A stretch of 64,000 bases of DNA. Origin: Candidatus Peribacteria bacterium. Its GTDB lineage: Bacteria; Patescibacteriota; Gracilibacteria; Peribacterales; Peribacteraceae. This document shows positions 16,270 through 24,900 of this stretch, in pieces (position 1 is the stretch's first letter; each line of letters begins with the position of its first letter). The stretch lies in NCBI GenBank assembly GCA_009691405.1, contig SICN01000002.1, positions 5,189 to 69,188 on the forward strand. Reading direction: 5' to 3'. Made by a program: the position numbers and the translations under genes. The notes beneath the pieces are model-generated. The model made no database searches, was not told the origin of the DNA, and was given only the letters and a program-made list of their open reading frames with translations.

Positions 16270-19200
16270 AAGAACAGCGCCTGCTCACGATCGGCACGGA
16301 TGCACACTCGATCTCCGAACGGGAGGCGAGACTGATTTTTGCTGACGCCGAACCTGTGAAAACGGAAGCGCAAAAGAATGAGGAAATTCAAAAATTTTCT
16401 CTCGCGATCCACGATGCCTTGGATGACAATACCAAAAAAATATTCGAAAAGCGCATTACGGATGAGGTGCTGAAAGATGGAAAAGCATCAAAGGAAGAAA
16501 TGAAGGAATTCATCAATGATGTATCGGCAACCGTTGTGAAGATTACGGGCGCACCTCTGGTTATTCCGAGCGACTTGAGTGATGCGAATGCGCTCAAGAC
16601 AATTGCTCACGTTTCAGGAATACTCGATTTGCATGTATTCAGAAGTGTAGAAATGGAAGGCCAGAAGAAAGCCGCGGAGGAAGAAGAAAAAAAGGTAGCA
16701 GAAAAGGCCGAGCAGGAGAAACAGAAAAGCACGGAAAATGTCCGGATACCGTTCAATGAGCGCGGAGGAAATGAATTCAAGAAGGAAGCGATGAATGCGT
16801 ACGAGTCGGATACCACTGACGATAAACATGAATTCATCGCACAGCTTTCGGACCTTGAAGACGAAGCGTCGTCCATTGGTGCGCGAATCGTCTCGCTTAC
16901 GTCGTCGAGTGCCAAACTCACGCGAGCACAGAGACAAGAGCAAAAACAGACGTTATCGGGATTGAGACAGGAATTCAAGGCTGTGAATCCGAGATTCCAC
17001 GCCTACCGAAGAATTTTTGACAAAGAAATCGGCTCTGGGATGCCGTCGATTGCGGCAAACAATCGCCAAAAACGAGTGAAGGAAGGAACCGCTACGAAAG
17101 GCGAAGCTGCGTTCGATACCTGGAAAGAGAAAAGAGATCCCAACTACGGCCATGAAACGATGCGTTGGGGCGAGTGGAGAAGGCTCAACGATGAAGAATT
17201 CGGCCAAAAAATGGCGGCAGAAAATCGAAACGCGCAACGCATGGCGGAAGGCTTAGATCTCAACGACTCTCCGATACCACGCACTGATCCGAAAGCGGAT
17301 GCAATGCTTGCAGCATACAAAAAGAATCCCAAGCTCTTCAATATGAATGCCGAAAGACAGGCAAAAGCCGAACGCGGCTTTGCCTCCATCGGTGACGCAG
17401 GCGGACAATTCTCTGTTTCCGGCGGTGCGATGAACAGCCTTCCGCGTTATCAGGTGCGCGGAGCACCAAAAAAGAAGGATGGCAGCTACGATCGAAACGG
17501 CATGATGGATAAGGTTCTCGGTCGCATGAAGGAAGGAATGCGAGATGAGCATGAGACTGGACTCGAACGCACTGCCCCCCGTGACATTCAGCGCTTGTTC
17601 AATTCGCTTCCGGGGACAGTGCAGTACTATTTCAGGCAACCCAAAGGAACAGCGCTCGAGAGCAAGAATGGTCGCATTCGCGTCTCGGCAAACTCTAATA
17701 ATGATCCGATGAGGATCTATGAGGTTTATGTTGCGGGCGGACTTGGAAAATACGTGGATACGACAAAATTGGATTTTAAAAAGACAAAGGACGGCAATCA
17801 CTCACTCGTGCTTGCAAAGTCGTATGAAGTAGCCGCAACACTTGAAAAGCTGGTCTCGCTCTACGCGATCGGGATCAGGCCCGCTCCCGAGAAAAAAATC
17901 ATACTGCCGGATAAACCCATTACTCTATTCAACGTAGAAGGGGGTGTTGCCGATCTCATCCCACTGTCCACCTCTGCAACCGCACGAACGGCCGTTCTGT
18001 TCCTGGGCAGCGACAACAGTGAATATGTCACGTTTACGAAAGACGCAACGACTCACAAGTGGAAAATTCAGGATGGAATGAAATTCCTTCGAAAGTACGG
18101 TGTTCGTGTCGTTCAAAAACGTGAGGAACTTTCGATTGAGCCAACCAAAGAAGGGGTCAAGCTTGAGCTACTGGAAAAGACTCCTGAAGGAGAGAAGAAG
18201 ACAACGAGTGGAGGTGACTACGAACCTGCCGTGCCCGCTCCGCGGGATGAAGGAGCACCTGCGGCACGCGAAGATGTAGGGACGCCAAGCGAAAGACAAG
18301 AGAGAGATGCACTCAGGATTGTTTTCAAGGCCGAGGCCGGAAGACTCCGGACAATGACGGAAGAGCTGGATAAGGCTAATCCTGAACGCGATACCAATGC
18401 ATGGAGAGAAGCAAAGGCAGCAAATGTAGAGGAGCAGGAATATCTTGAGAAAGTCGATTATAAAACCATCTTTGGAGAAAGAAGCAGGGAAGTGGAACTG
18501 TACGATGCACGATTGAAAGAATTGAAAACAAAATACAATGACAAATACCGGAGTGCGATCGATGACGTCGGGGATCTGGAAGATGCTGCGAGACAGAAAC
18601 GATTGGATTTCAAAATAGGCTCCGATACGTCCAGAGAGGAAACAGAGGAAGCTGAGAGAAAAGCGACCGATGAAGGCGGAAAAATCGAAGATGTGCTTGC
18701 AGCAATTAAAATTGAGAAAATATTCCTGACCGAAAATAAGCCGCGACCCGTTGGACCGGAAGATCTTCTCCCTGGTTTGGTCGAAAGTCGTTTGAGGGAA
18801 TTGGACAAAAAAATGAGAGAGTGGAAGAAAAAGCTTGATACAAAGAAGCCTGACGCCAAAGATGCTGAACCCGCTCCTCCGCCACCGCCAGCGGAAGACA
18901 AGAATCCTAGGGCTGGTGAAGAAGCAAAGCCTGTAAAGAGAGAGGTGGCTTCACCGCCGAAGGTGGATGATAAGGCTGAGGATGATACTGATGCAAAATT
19001 GAAAGCATTGGTTCCGCAAAGAGAGCTCAACAATGATTTTCTCGAACTCAAAATACCCGGCGTAAATAAGGTGTTTTCTCGCAATCAAAAAGAATTTGCA
19101 GAAACAAAAACGAAGATTCCGGAATTACTGAAAAAAGCGATAAACTTGCTTGGGAAAGATGAGCAAGAATCTTTAAAATCCAAATATATTTTGACTCTCG

Positions 19201-19802
19201 ACAAAGGGGAAAAAACAGGTTTGCAATCGCTATTCTTGGGCTGGGGAATCGGCGTGACTCATGCACAGTCTCCCGAAGAGATGCGCGATACGATCCGCAA
19301 AGCCATTCTTGAGAGTAAAAAAGAAGAAGAGGACAAAAAGAAAGAACAGGAAGCCAAGAAAGGATCTGAAAAAGACGATCCCGATCATGCGCGCATCATA
19401 AAAATGAATGCGGAAGAATACGATCGGCTCAATAAAAAAGCGGTGGCACTTCCTGAAGGAAAACTTGAAAAGGCAGGTGTTTATGTAGCCGCAGATTGCG
19501 TTCTGCTCGATTTCCCGGGATCACTCAACAAAGAAGGTGGCAAGGTCAGTCACGACGGCATTCCTGTCGGATCCCTGCTCATCGATACGCGAATATGGAA
19601 AACGGATGCCGTTGATAATCCCTATGCTGGAATACAGGTTGATGGACCCGTCGAAGTGAAGCGCGAAGCCGATGGAGGCATCCATCTTATCGGTTCGAAT
19701 GACAGTGAAATGAAAGTAAAAGTATCTGGAAAGATCCTAGAAATTTCACAAAAGATCTTCCCGATGAAGGATTTCCTGAAAGTGACCTATCAAAAGCGCT
19801 AA
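16266..19802 (+). CDS. Large orphan protein (1178 aa), Lys/Glu-rich, no TM or signal segment
   Basis: Uninterrupted 3.5-kb ORF with only short spurious ORFs opposite it. Contains coiled-coil-like K/E tracts and a Pro-rich spacer (KDAEPAPPPPPAEDKNPRAGEE). I recognise no catalytic motif. Confidence 0.7.
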   Translation: MKEQRLLTIGTDAHSISEREARLIFADAEPVKTEAQKNEEIQKFSLAIHDALDDNTKKIFEKRITDEVLKDGKASKEEMKEFINDVSATVVKITGAPLVIPSDLSDANALKTIAHVSGILDLHVFRSVEMEGQKKAAEEEEKKVAEKAEQEKQKSTENVRIPFNERGGNEFKKEAMNAYESDTTDDKHEFIAQLSDLEDEASSIGARIVSLTSSSAKLTRAQRQEQKQTLSGLRQEFKAVNPRFHAYRRIFDKEIGSGMPSIAANNRQKRVKEGTATKGEAAFDTWKEKRDPNYGHETMRWGEWRRLNDEEFGQKMAAENRNAQRMAEGLDLNDSPIPRTDPKADAMLAAYKKNPKLFNMNAERQAKAERGFASIGDAGGQFSVSGGAMNSLPRYQVRGAPKKKDGSYDRNGMMDKVLGRMKEGMRDEHETGLERTAPRDIQRLFNSLPGTVQYYFRQPKGTALESKNGRIRVSANSNNDPMRIYEVYVAGGLGKYVDTTKLDFKKTKDGNHSLVLAKSYEVAATLEKLVSLYAIGIRPAPEKKIILPDKPITLFNVEGGVADLIPLSTSATARTAVLFLGSDNSEYVTFTKDATTHKWKIQDGMKFLRKYGVRVVQKREELSIEPTKEGVKLELLEKTPEGEKKTTSGGDYEPAVPAPRDEGAPAAREDVGTPSERQERDALRIVFKAEAGRLRTMTEELDKANPERDTNAWREAKAANVEEQEYLEKVDYKTIFGERSREVELYDARLKELKTKYNDKYRSAIDDVGDLEDAARQKRLDFKIGSDTSREETEEAERKATDEGGKIEDVLAAIKIEKIFLTENKPRPVGPEDLLPGLVESRLRELDKKMREWKKKLDTKKPDAKDAEPAPPPPPAEDKNPRAGEEAKPVKREVASPPKVDDKAEDDTDAKLKALVPQRELNNDFLELKIPGVNKVFSRNQKEFAETKTKIPELLKKAINLLGKDEQESLKSKYILTLDKGEKTGLQSLFLGWGIGVTHAQSPEEMRDTIRKAILESKKEEEDKKKEQEAKKGSEKDDPDHARIIKMNAEEYDRLNKKAVALPEGKLEKAGVYVAADCVLLDFPGSLNKEGGKVSHDGIPVGSLLIDTRIWKTDAVDNPYAGIQVDGPVEVKREADGGIHLIGSNDSEMKVKVSGKILEISQKIFPMKDFLKVTYQKR

Positions 19803-19883
19803 ATATTGAAGTGAATGAGCTCGCAGCCGTGTCTCGGGCGTTTTGAGCTTGTCTCTTTGCCATGCTTTGACGAAACTGAACGC

Positions 19884-20483
19884 ATGCGCACCCTCCTCAT
19901 CGACAACAACGATTCGTTCACCGAGAATCTCGCGCAACTGATCCGCTCGCTCGGAGCCAAGTGCGAGGTCATCTCTTCTGCAAAGCTCACCGTACAAAAA
20001 GTGAAGAAGATACGACCGGACCATATCGTACTGTCGGCCGGGCCAGGACATCCAAAGGATGCGAGGCTATCGAATGAGATTCTTCACAATTTTCAACTTT
20101 CCACTTTCAACTTTCCACTTCGCATTCTCGGTGTCTGTCTGGGTCACCAGTGCATCGCCCATGTCTTCGGTGGACGATCGTTCGTGGGTCACGCGCCTGC
20201 CATACACCACGGGAAAACGAGTGAAATTTTTCATGACGGCACAAGCATCTTGAAAGGTCTGCCATCGCCATTTCTTGCAGCCAGATATCATTCGCTGATC
20301 GTGAAGAAACTGCCGAAGGACTTCGAGCTTCTGTGTTGGACAGGATCACAGAAAACTCCAGAGCTCATCATGGGTATGAAACACAAGACGCTCCCGATCG
20401 TCGGTGTGCAATTCCATCCAGAATCGTTTCTGACAGAACACGGAGAACGATTGATGAAGAATTTTCTGTTCAAAGCATTATGA
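19884..20483 (+). CDS. pabA: Aminodeoxychorismate/anthranilate synthase component II (class I glutamine amidotransferase)
   Basis: The track ORF starts at 19815. The conserved N-terminus MRTLLIDNNDSFTENL starts at ATG 19884. Catalytic GVCLGHQ and VQFHPES are present. Confidence 0.9.
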   Translation: MRTLLIDNNDSFTENLAQLIRSLGAKCEVISSAKLTVQKVKKIRPDHIVLSAGPGHPKDARLSNEILHNFQLSTFNFPLRILGVCLGHQCIAHVFGGRSFVGHAPAIHHGKTSEIFHDGTSILKGLPSPFLAARYHSLIVKKLPKDFELLCWTGSQKTPELIMGMKHKTLPIVGVQFHPESFLTEHGERLMKNFLFKAL

Positions 20484-22477
20484 AAATCTCAACGCTCTCG
20501 TTCCCCGGCTTCGACCCTCTCGACTTCTTCTCGAAACTCGACGCACGCGAAAAGAAGTCTGCGTACTTCACGAGCGGCGAGTGGACGATCGTCACGTGGA
20601 ACCCGACGAGAAGCATCCGAGTAAAAGACGAAAAGATTTTTGAGGCGTTGCGAAGAGCAAACGAAAGACGACGGAGCACGTACAAAGGAGATTTGCCGTT
20701 CATCGGGGGGATGATCGGCACTCTCGATTACGACGTACAGGAGAGGGGAGGTGTATTTCATGAGTATGATCAAGCGCTGCTGTGGAACGGTACAAAAGCC
20801 GTCGTTGTTGGAGAGAGGAAATTTGTGGAAGAAGTTCGGAACATTGATAGCAGAGCTCCCTTCTCCCCAAGCGCATCGGCGCTAGGAGAAGGGTCGGGGA
20901 TGAGGCGGGGGGAAACGCTCTGGCATCCCTCCATCACCCATTCCGACTACGCCCGTTCATTTCGTGCCATCCAGCGAGACCTCCGAAACGGCGAGTACTA
21001 CCAGCTCAATCTCACGTACACGCTCGAAGCGGATTTCAACGGTGATCGACGCAGGCTCTTCTGCGATCTCCTGCGAGCGAATCCCGCATCGTGCGCTTCG
21101 TACTTCGAGGATGGTGACATTGCGATTCTGTCTCTGTCCCCCGAACGCTTCGTCACGATCGACAACGGCACGATCGTCACCTGCCCGATCAAAGGCACGC
21201 GACCGAGAGGGAAAACGGCTGCGGAAGACGTGAAATTCCGAAATGAACTTCTTAGCAGCAAAAAAGAAGAAGCTGAGTTGAATATGATCACGGATCTGCT
21301 TCGGAACGACATCGGAAAAGTGTCGCAAGTCGGATCGGTGAAAGTACGTGAGCATCGGGCATTCCAGAAAAATCCGACGGTTTGGCATACGTACTCCGTG
21401 ATCGAAGGGAAACTTCTTCCAAGCGTTCACCCCGTTCAGGCAATCCGGTCGATGTTTCCGGGAGGTTCCGTCACGGGCTGCCCAAAAGCCGTCGCGATGA
21501 AGCGCATCGCCGAGCTCGAGAAACGCCCGCGCGGTTCGTACTGCGGATCGATGGTGATGCTCAGCGACGCCGGGCTTCTCGACAGCACTATTCTCATCCG
21601 CACGATCGTCGCGAAAGGCAACCGACTGTCACTCGGCATCGGCGGAGGCATCGTCGCGGATTCGACGCTTGAGGACGAATGGCAGGAGACGAAACAGAAG
21701 GCGAAGGCGTTCGTTGCATTGTCGACACGACGTTCCTTGTTCGATCCTTCAAACCCCGATGCGTACGGCGTGTTTGAAACAATGCGCGTGGAGCACGGTC
21801 GTGTCTGCGATCTTGAAGCGCATTGCAAACGACTAAGGAAATCCGCAGCAGTACTGAAAATGAAACTCCCGAAGAGCATGCAGGAGATACGAATGTTGGT
21901 CATCCATTCGGCCGCATCATGCCGCGGCCGACCGTCCCGTCTCAAACTCGTCTGTACACCCGACGATGTTCTGGTCGACATGCGACCGCTCACCATCAAC
22001 CCGAACGAAAAAGCGGGCATTTCCGCAACATTCGTACAATGCATTCGAGCCCTGCCCGAAGGGAAAATCCTGCCCTATCACCGCGAGTGGGCGGCGCACG
22101 AAAAGGCACGGGCACAAGGGTATGGAGAGGCGCTCTTGGTCGATGCAACAGGACGTGTTCCGGAAGCCGCGTACGCGAATATTTTTTGGGTGGACGACGG
22201 TATTCTGAACACCACAGACAAAAAAATGCTTGCAGGCATTACGCGGGGAAAAATTTTACAGTGTGCGAAACATTTGAATATTCCCGTTCGATTTTCACTA
22301 CCGACGAAAGCCGATTTGCTCCATGCAGACGAAGTTTTCCTAACAAAAAGTACAACAGGCATGACACCGGTGATCAGTATCGATAAAACAGTTATAGGAA
22401 GAGGTAAAACAGGCGTTCTCACGGGACGATTGATGCGTGCGTTCGAGTCTTCTGGGCACGTCTCTGCTACACTGTGA
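20480..22477 (+). CDS. pabB: Fused aminodeoxychorismate synthase component I (PabB) and aminodeoxychorismate lyase (PabC, class IV aminotransferase fold)
   Basis: ATG 20480 overlaps the pabA stop (ATGA). Chorismate-binding motifs: SPERFV, PIKGTRPRG, FPGGSVTGCPK, RGSYCGSM, GGGIVADS. The C-terminal ~230 aa (GVFETMRV...EALLVDATGRVPEAAYANIFWV...GITRGKIL) are class IV aminotransferase-like. Confidence 0.85.
   Translation: MKISTLSFPGFDPLDFFSKLDAREKKSAYFTSGEWTIVTWNPTRSIRVKDEKIFEALRRANERRRSTYKGDLPFIGGMIGTLDYDVQERGGVFHEYDQALLWNGTKAVVVGERKFVEEVRNIDSRAPFSPSASALGEGSGMRRGETLWHPSITHSDYARSFRAIQRDLRNGEYYQLNLTYTLEADFNGDRRRLFCDLLRANPASCASYFEDGDIAILSLSPERFVTIDNGTIVTCPIKGTRPRGKTAAEDVKFRNELLSSKKEEAELNMITDLLRNDIGKVSQVGSVKVREHRAFQKNPTVWHTYSVIEGKLLPSVHPVQAIRSMFPGGSVTGCPKAVAMKRIAELEKRPRGSYCGSMVMLSDAGLLDSTILIRTIVAKGNRLSLGIGGGIVADSTLEDEWQETKQKAKAFVALSTRRSLFDPSNPDAYGVFETMRVEHGRVCDLEAHCKRLRKSAAVLKMKLPKSMQEIRMLVIHSAASCRGRPSRLKLVCTPDDVLVDMRPLTINPNEKAGISATFVQCIRALPEGKILPYHREWAAHEKARAQGYGEALLVDATGRVPEAAYANIFWVDDGILNTTDKKMLAGITRGKILQCAKHLNIPVRFSLPTKADLLHADEVFLTKSTTGMTPVISIDKTVIGRGKTGVLTGRLMRAFESSGHVSATL
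20854..20905. repeat. In-frame copy (inverted orientation) of the ~52-bp hairpin unit seen at 6036-6087
   Basis: The reverse complement cctcatccccgacccttctcctagcgccgatgcgcttggggagaagggagct aligns with 6036-6087 at about 40 of 52 positions by eye. It encodes APFSPSASALGEGSGMR within pabB. Confidence 0.65.
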
Positions 22478-22481
22478 GCGC

Positions 22482-23306
22482 ATGAAGCTCACTCAAGCCA
22501 TTCTCCCCGTCGCGGGGTTCGGCACGCGGTTCCTTCCGTGGACGAAAGTCGTCCCCAAAGAGCTCCTACCGATCGGGAATCGGCCAATCATCGCGCTCCT
22601 CGTGGATGAATGCATGAGTGTGGGGATCCATGACATCTGCTTCGTCATCAGCAAAGGAAAAGAAGCGATTCCACAATTCTTCTACAAGATGCCCGAGCTC
22701 GAACACCAACTCGAGAAGCGTGGGAAGCTGCACATGCTTGAAGAGCTGATGAAATATGACAACGTAAGACTGAAGGTCGCGTATCAGGAAGAAATGAAAG
22801 GCGACGGGCATGCGATTTTACAAGCGAAGAACTGGGTCGATTCCGATCGCATTGCGATTCTCTACGGCGACGATCTGATCGCGGGAGACCAAAACGGGCT
22901 GCAGCAACTCGTTGCCGCGTGCGATGAGGTGAAAGAAAAGAAAGACGTCGCGATGCTCTGTCTGCAGGATGTTGAAAAGAAATTGGTGCACAAATATGGC
23001 ATCGTCGAGATCGCACCAGACAAACATCAGAAAAGGACGAAGAAGATCATCGGTTTGGTCGAGAAGCCGAAGCCGGAAGACGCACCGTCGACGCTTGCGA
23101 TCGTCGGCAAGTACATCATCCCGCGTTCGACGATTGACGAGCTCGCCAAGGTCGAATCGGGACATCATGACAAAGAGATCCGCCTGATTGATGCGCTCAA
23201 ATCACAGATGAAGAATATCGCGATCTACGGCTACGAATTCGAGGGAGAAAGGTTCGATACGGGTACCCCCGAAGGGTACAAAGAGGCGGTGCGGGTGCTG
23301 GGGTAG
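22482..23306 (+). CDS. galU: UTP--glucose-1-phosphate uridylyltransferase
   Basis: The conserved N-terminus MKLTQAILPVAGFGTRFLPWTKVVPKELLPI starts at ATG 22482 (the track ORF starts at 22437 inside pabB). VEKPKPEDAPS is present. Confidence 0.9.
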   Translation: MKLTQAILPVAGFGTRFLPWTKVVPKELLPIGNRPIIALLVDECMSVGIHDICFVISKGKEAIPQFFYKMPELEHQLEKRGKLHMLEELMKYDNVRLKVAYQEEMKGDGHAILQAKNWVDSDRIAILYGDDLIAGDQNGLQQLVAACDEVKEKKDVAMLCLQDVEKKLVHKYGIVEIAPDKHQKRTKKIIGLVEKPKPEDAPSTLAIVGKYIIPRSTIDELAKVESGHHDKEIRLIDALKSQMKNIAIYGYEFEGERFDTGTPEGYKEAVRVLG

Positions 23307-23308
23307 TC

Positions 23309-24853
23309 CTACTTCACCACCTCCGGACTCGCTACCTTTGGCTTCTGCGTCAAAAGTTTGTTTAATTGTCCCAGACTCATGAGGGAGAGCTTCTTTTCGT
23401 CTTTCCATTGCTTCGCAAGCATTTCCAGGGCTTGCAGGCTTGTTGCAGTCAATAGTTGCTTCGGAGACATCTGGTCGGCAAGCAAACGAAATTCCAAAGC
23501 CCACCACGCAAGCATTTTCTGGTTCGGCTTGCCGTCGGGCGTGATCAATCCCAATTTTTTCATCACGACTTGTTCCTCGGCTGCGGATCCGATGTTCTTC
23601 AGGAGCGAACCGAGAATGCCTTCCGTGTAATCGGCCTTCTCACCCGTTATGAACGAAGACTCCGCCGTTCCCATGGTCAATCCCTCCAGAAGTTTTTTGC
23701 GCGACTCGGATGGATTTTGGAGCGAAGCGGCATGGATATCTTCCGCAATGACCGTGACACGCGCCTCGTTGAAACTTTCCACCGCCGACGTCGTGTCAAT
23801 GCGGATGCGCTTGCCGGCGTGCACCATGGAACAATCGATGTTCTTGCCGTCTTGCACCGCGGTTACCTGCACGCCTTCGATTTTCCCCGTCACGCCGATC
23901 CCCTCCGCTGACGGACCGAGATTGAAGGATTGAAGGAGGGCCCGCGCAAGATCTTTCGCTCCGCTCTCCATGAGAGTCACGAGAATGCCGAATTGTTCGT
24001 CATTCAAACGGCCGGTGAGATCCTTCATGCGTGCGACGGTCAGGGTATTCGCAATTTTCTCGACCGCTGCGGCTTTCGCCTGTTTTTGCTCCACGGTTTC
24101 GATGACGAGCGTTTTCCGCCTCACTTCCCTCTGCTCCCTGCGGAGAATCCTAAAACGATCGAGACCGAGGCTATGGACGAGATTTTCATTGAACTTCTCC
24201 CACTCAGCGTCGGCCTCTTCATCGGTAAGGCCTCCCATCTTCCACATCAGACTCGAGGCCTCGAAGAGTGCTTTTCCGTCTTTGTCCGACTCTGCAATCA
24301 TCTGCAAATTTTTCACCGCCAAATAATCGACGTAAACGCTTCGATCCTTCATCACCAAAACTACTGTTTCGTCGATCTCCTCTTCGCTCACATTTTCCCC
24401 CCAATACCGAAGAGAGACTGCTTTTTTAATCTGCTTCTCGGCCTCTGCATCATCGTTTGTATTCGCTGTTTCAGCAGCAAGAATGGCACGGAAGCCGGCT
24501 TCGCTGTTCTTTCGAACGTCGCCTTTCAGGAATGCCTTTGCATTTGCCGCGCGCTCTTTTCTCTTCTCCGGATTCGGCTCGTCTTGCAAATCGGCAATAT
24601 GAACATCCACCGCCTGCAACCTCTGGATTTGGCTTTCGTATTTCTCCACGATGCCGTCTAGCGCAACCAGCCGTAACATATGTGCTTTCTCAGCCGCTTC
24701 CTGCTGCTTCCCCTGATTCTGAAGCTCCCCCAATTGCAAGAATTCACCGACAAGCCTTCTCGTGCGGAATATGTCGAAACGACCCCCTTCGAGCCGCATA
24801 TCCATGGCGTCATTATTCTCAACCCCGCCTGCTTGTTTTCCGAATTCGGGCAT
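23309..24853 (-). CDS. Orphan cytoplasmic protein (514 aa)
   Basis: Long clean ORF with no TM or signal segment and no recognisable motif. Preceded by an extended -10 promoter. Confidence 0.65.
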   Translation of the reverse strand: MPEFGKQAGGVENNDAMDMRLEGGRFDIFRTRRLVGEFLQLGELQNQGKQQEAAEKAHMLRLVALDGIVEKYESQIQRLQAVDVHIADLQDEPNPEKRKERAANAKAFLKGDVRKNSEAGFRAILAAETANTNDDAEAEKQIKKAVSLRYWGENVSEEEIDETVVLVMKDRSVYVDYLAVKNLQMIAESDKDGKALFEASSLMWKMGGLTDEEADAEWEKFNENLVHSLGLDRFRILRREQREVRRKTLVIETVEQKQAKAAAVEKIANTLTVARMKDLTGRLNDEQFGILVTLMESGAKDLARALLQSFNLGPSAEGIGVTGKIEGVQVTAVQDGKNIDCSMVHAGKRIRIDTTSAVESFNEARVTVIAEDIHAASLQNPSESRKKLLEGLTMGTAESSFITGEKADYTEGILGSLLKNIGSAAEEQVVMKKLGLITPDGKPNQKMLAWWALEFRLLADQMSPKQLLTATSLQALEMLAKQWKDEKKLSLMSLGQLNKLLTQKPKVASPEVVK

Positions 24854-24877
24854 GGATATGTGTTTGTAACTGTATAT

Positions 24878-24886
24878 ATTATAACA
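24878..24886 (-). promoter_or_regulatory. Extended -10 promoter TGTTATAAT upstream of the 23309-24853 ORF
   Basis: The minus strand reads ATGTTATAATATAT, 24 nt upstream of the ATG. The 14-mer ATATATTATAACAT (24874-24887) is repeated exactly at 36592-36605. Confidence 0.45.
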
Positions 24887-24900
24887 TATTTAATGTTTTT

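Noticed and set aside
20333-20479. Long N-terminal extensions suggested by the ORF track for pabB (20333), galU (22437), pyrF (42872), the XRE gene (28431), metK (8447) and the 57363-59513 ORF.
   Set aside because: In each case the extension overlaps the preceding gene or a riboswitch and is compositionally odd. An internal ATG gives the conserved family N-terminus or a clean signal peptide, often with an ATGA overlap to the upstream stop.
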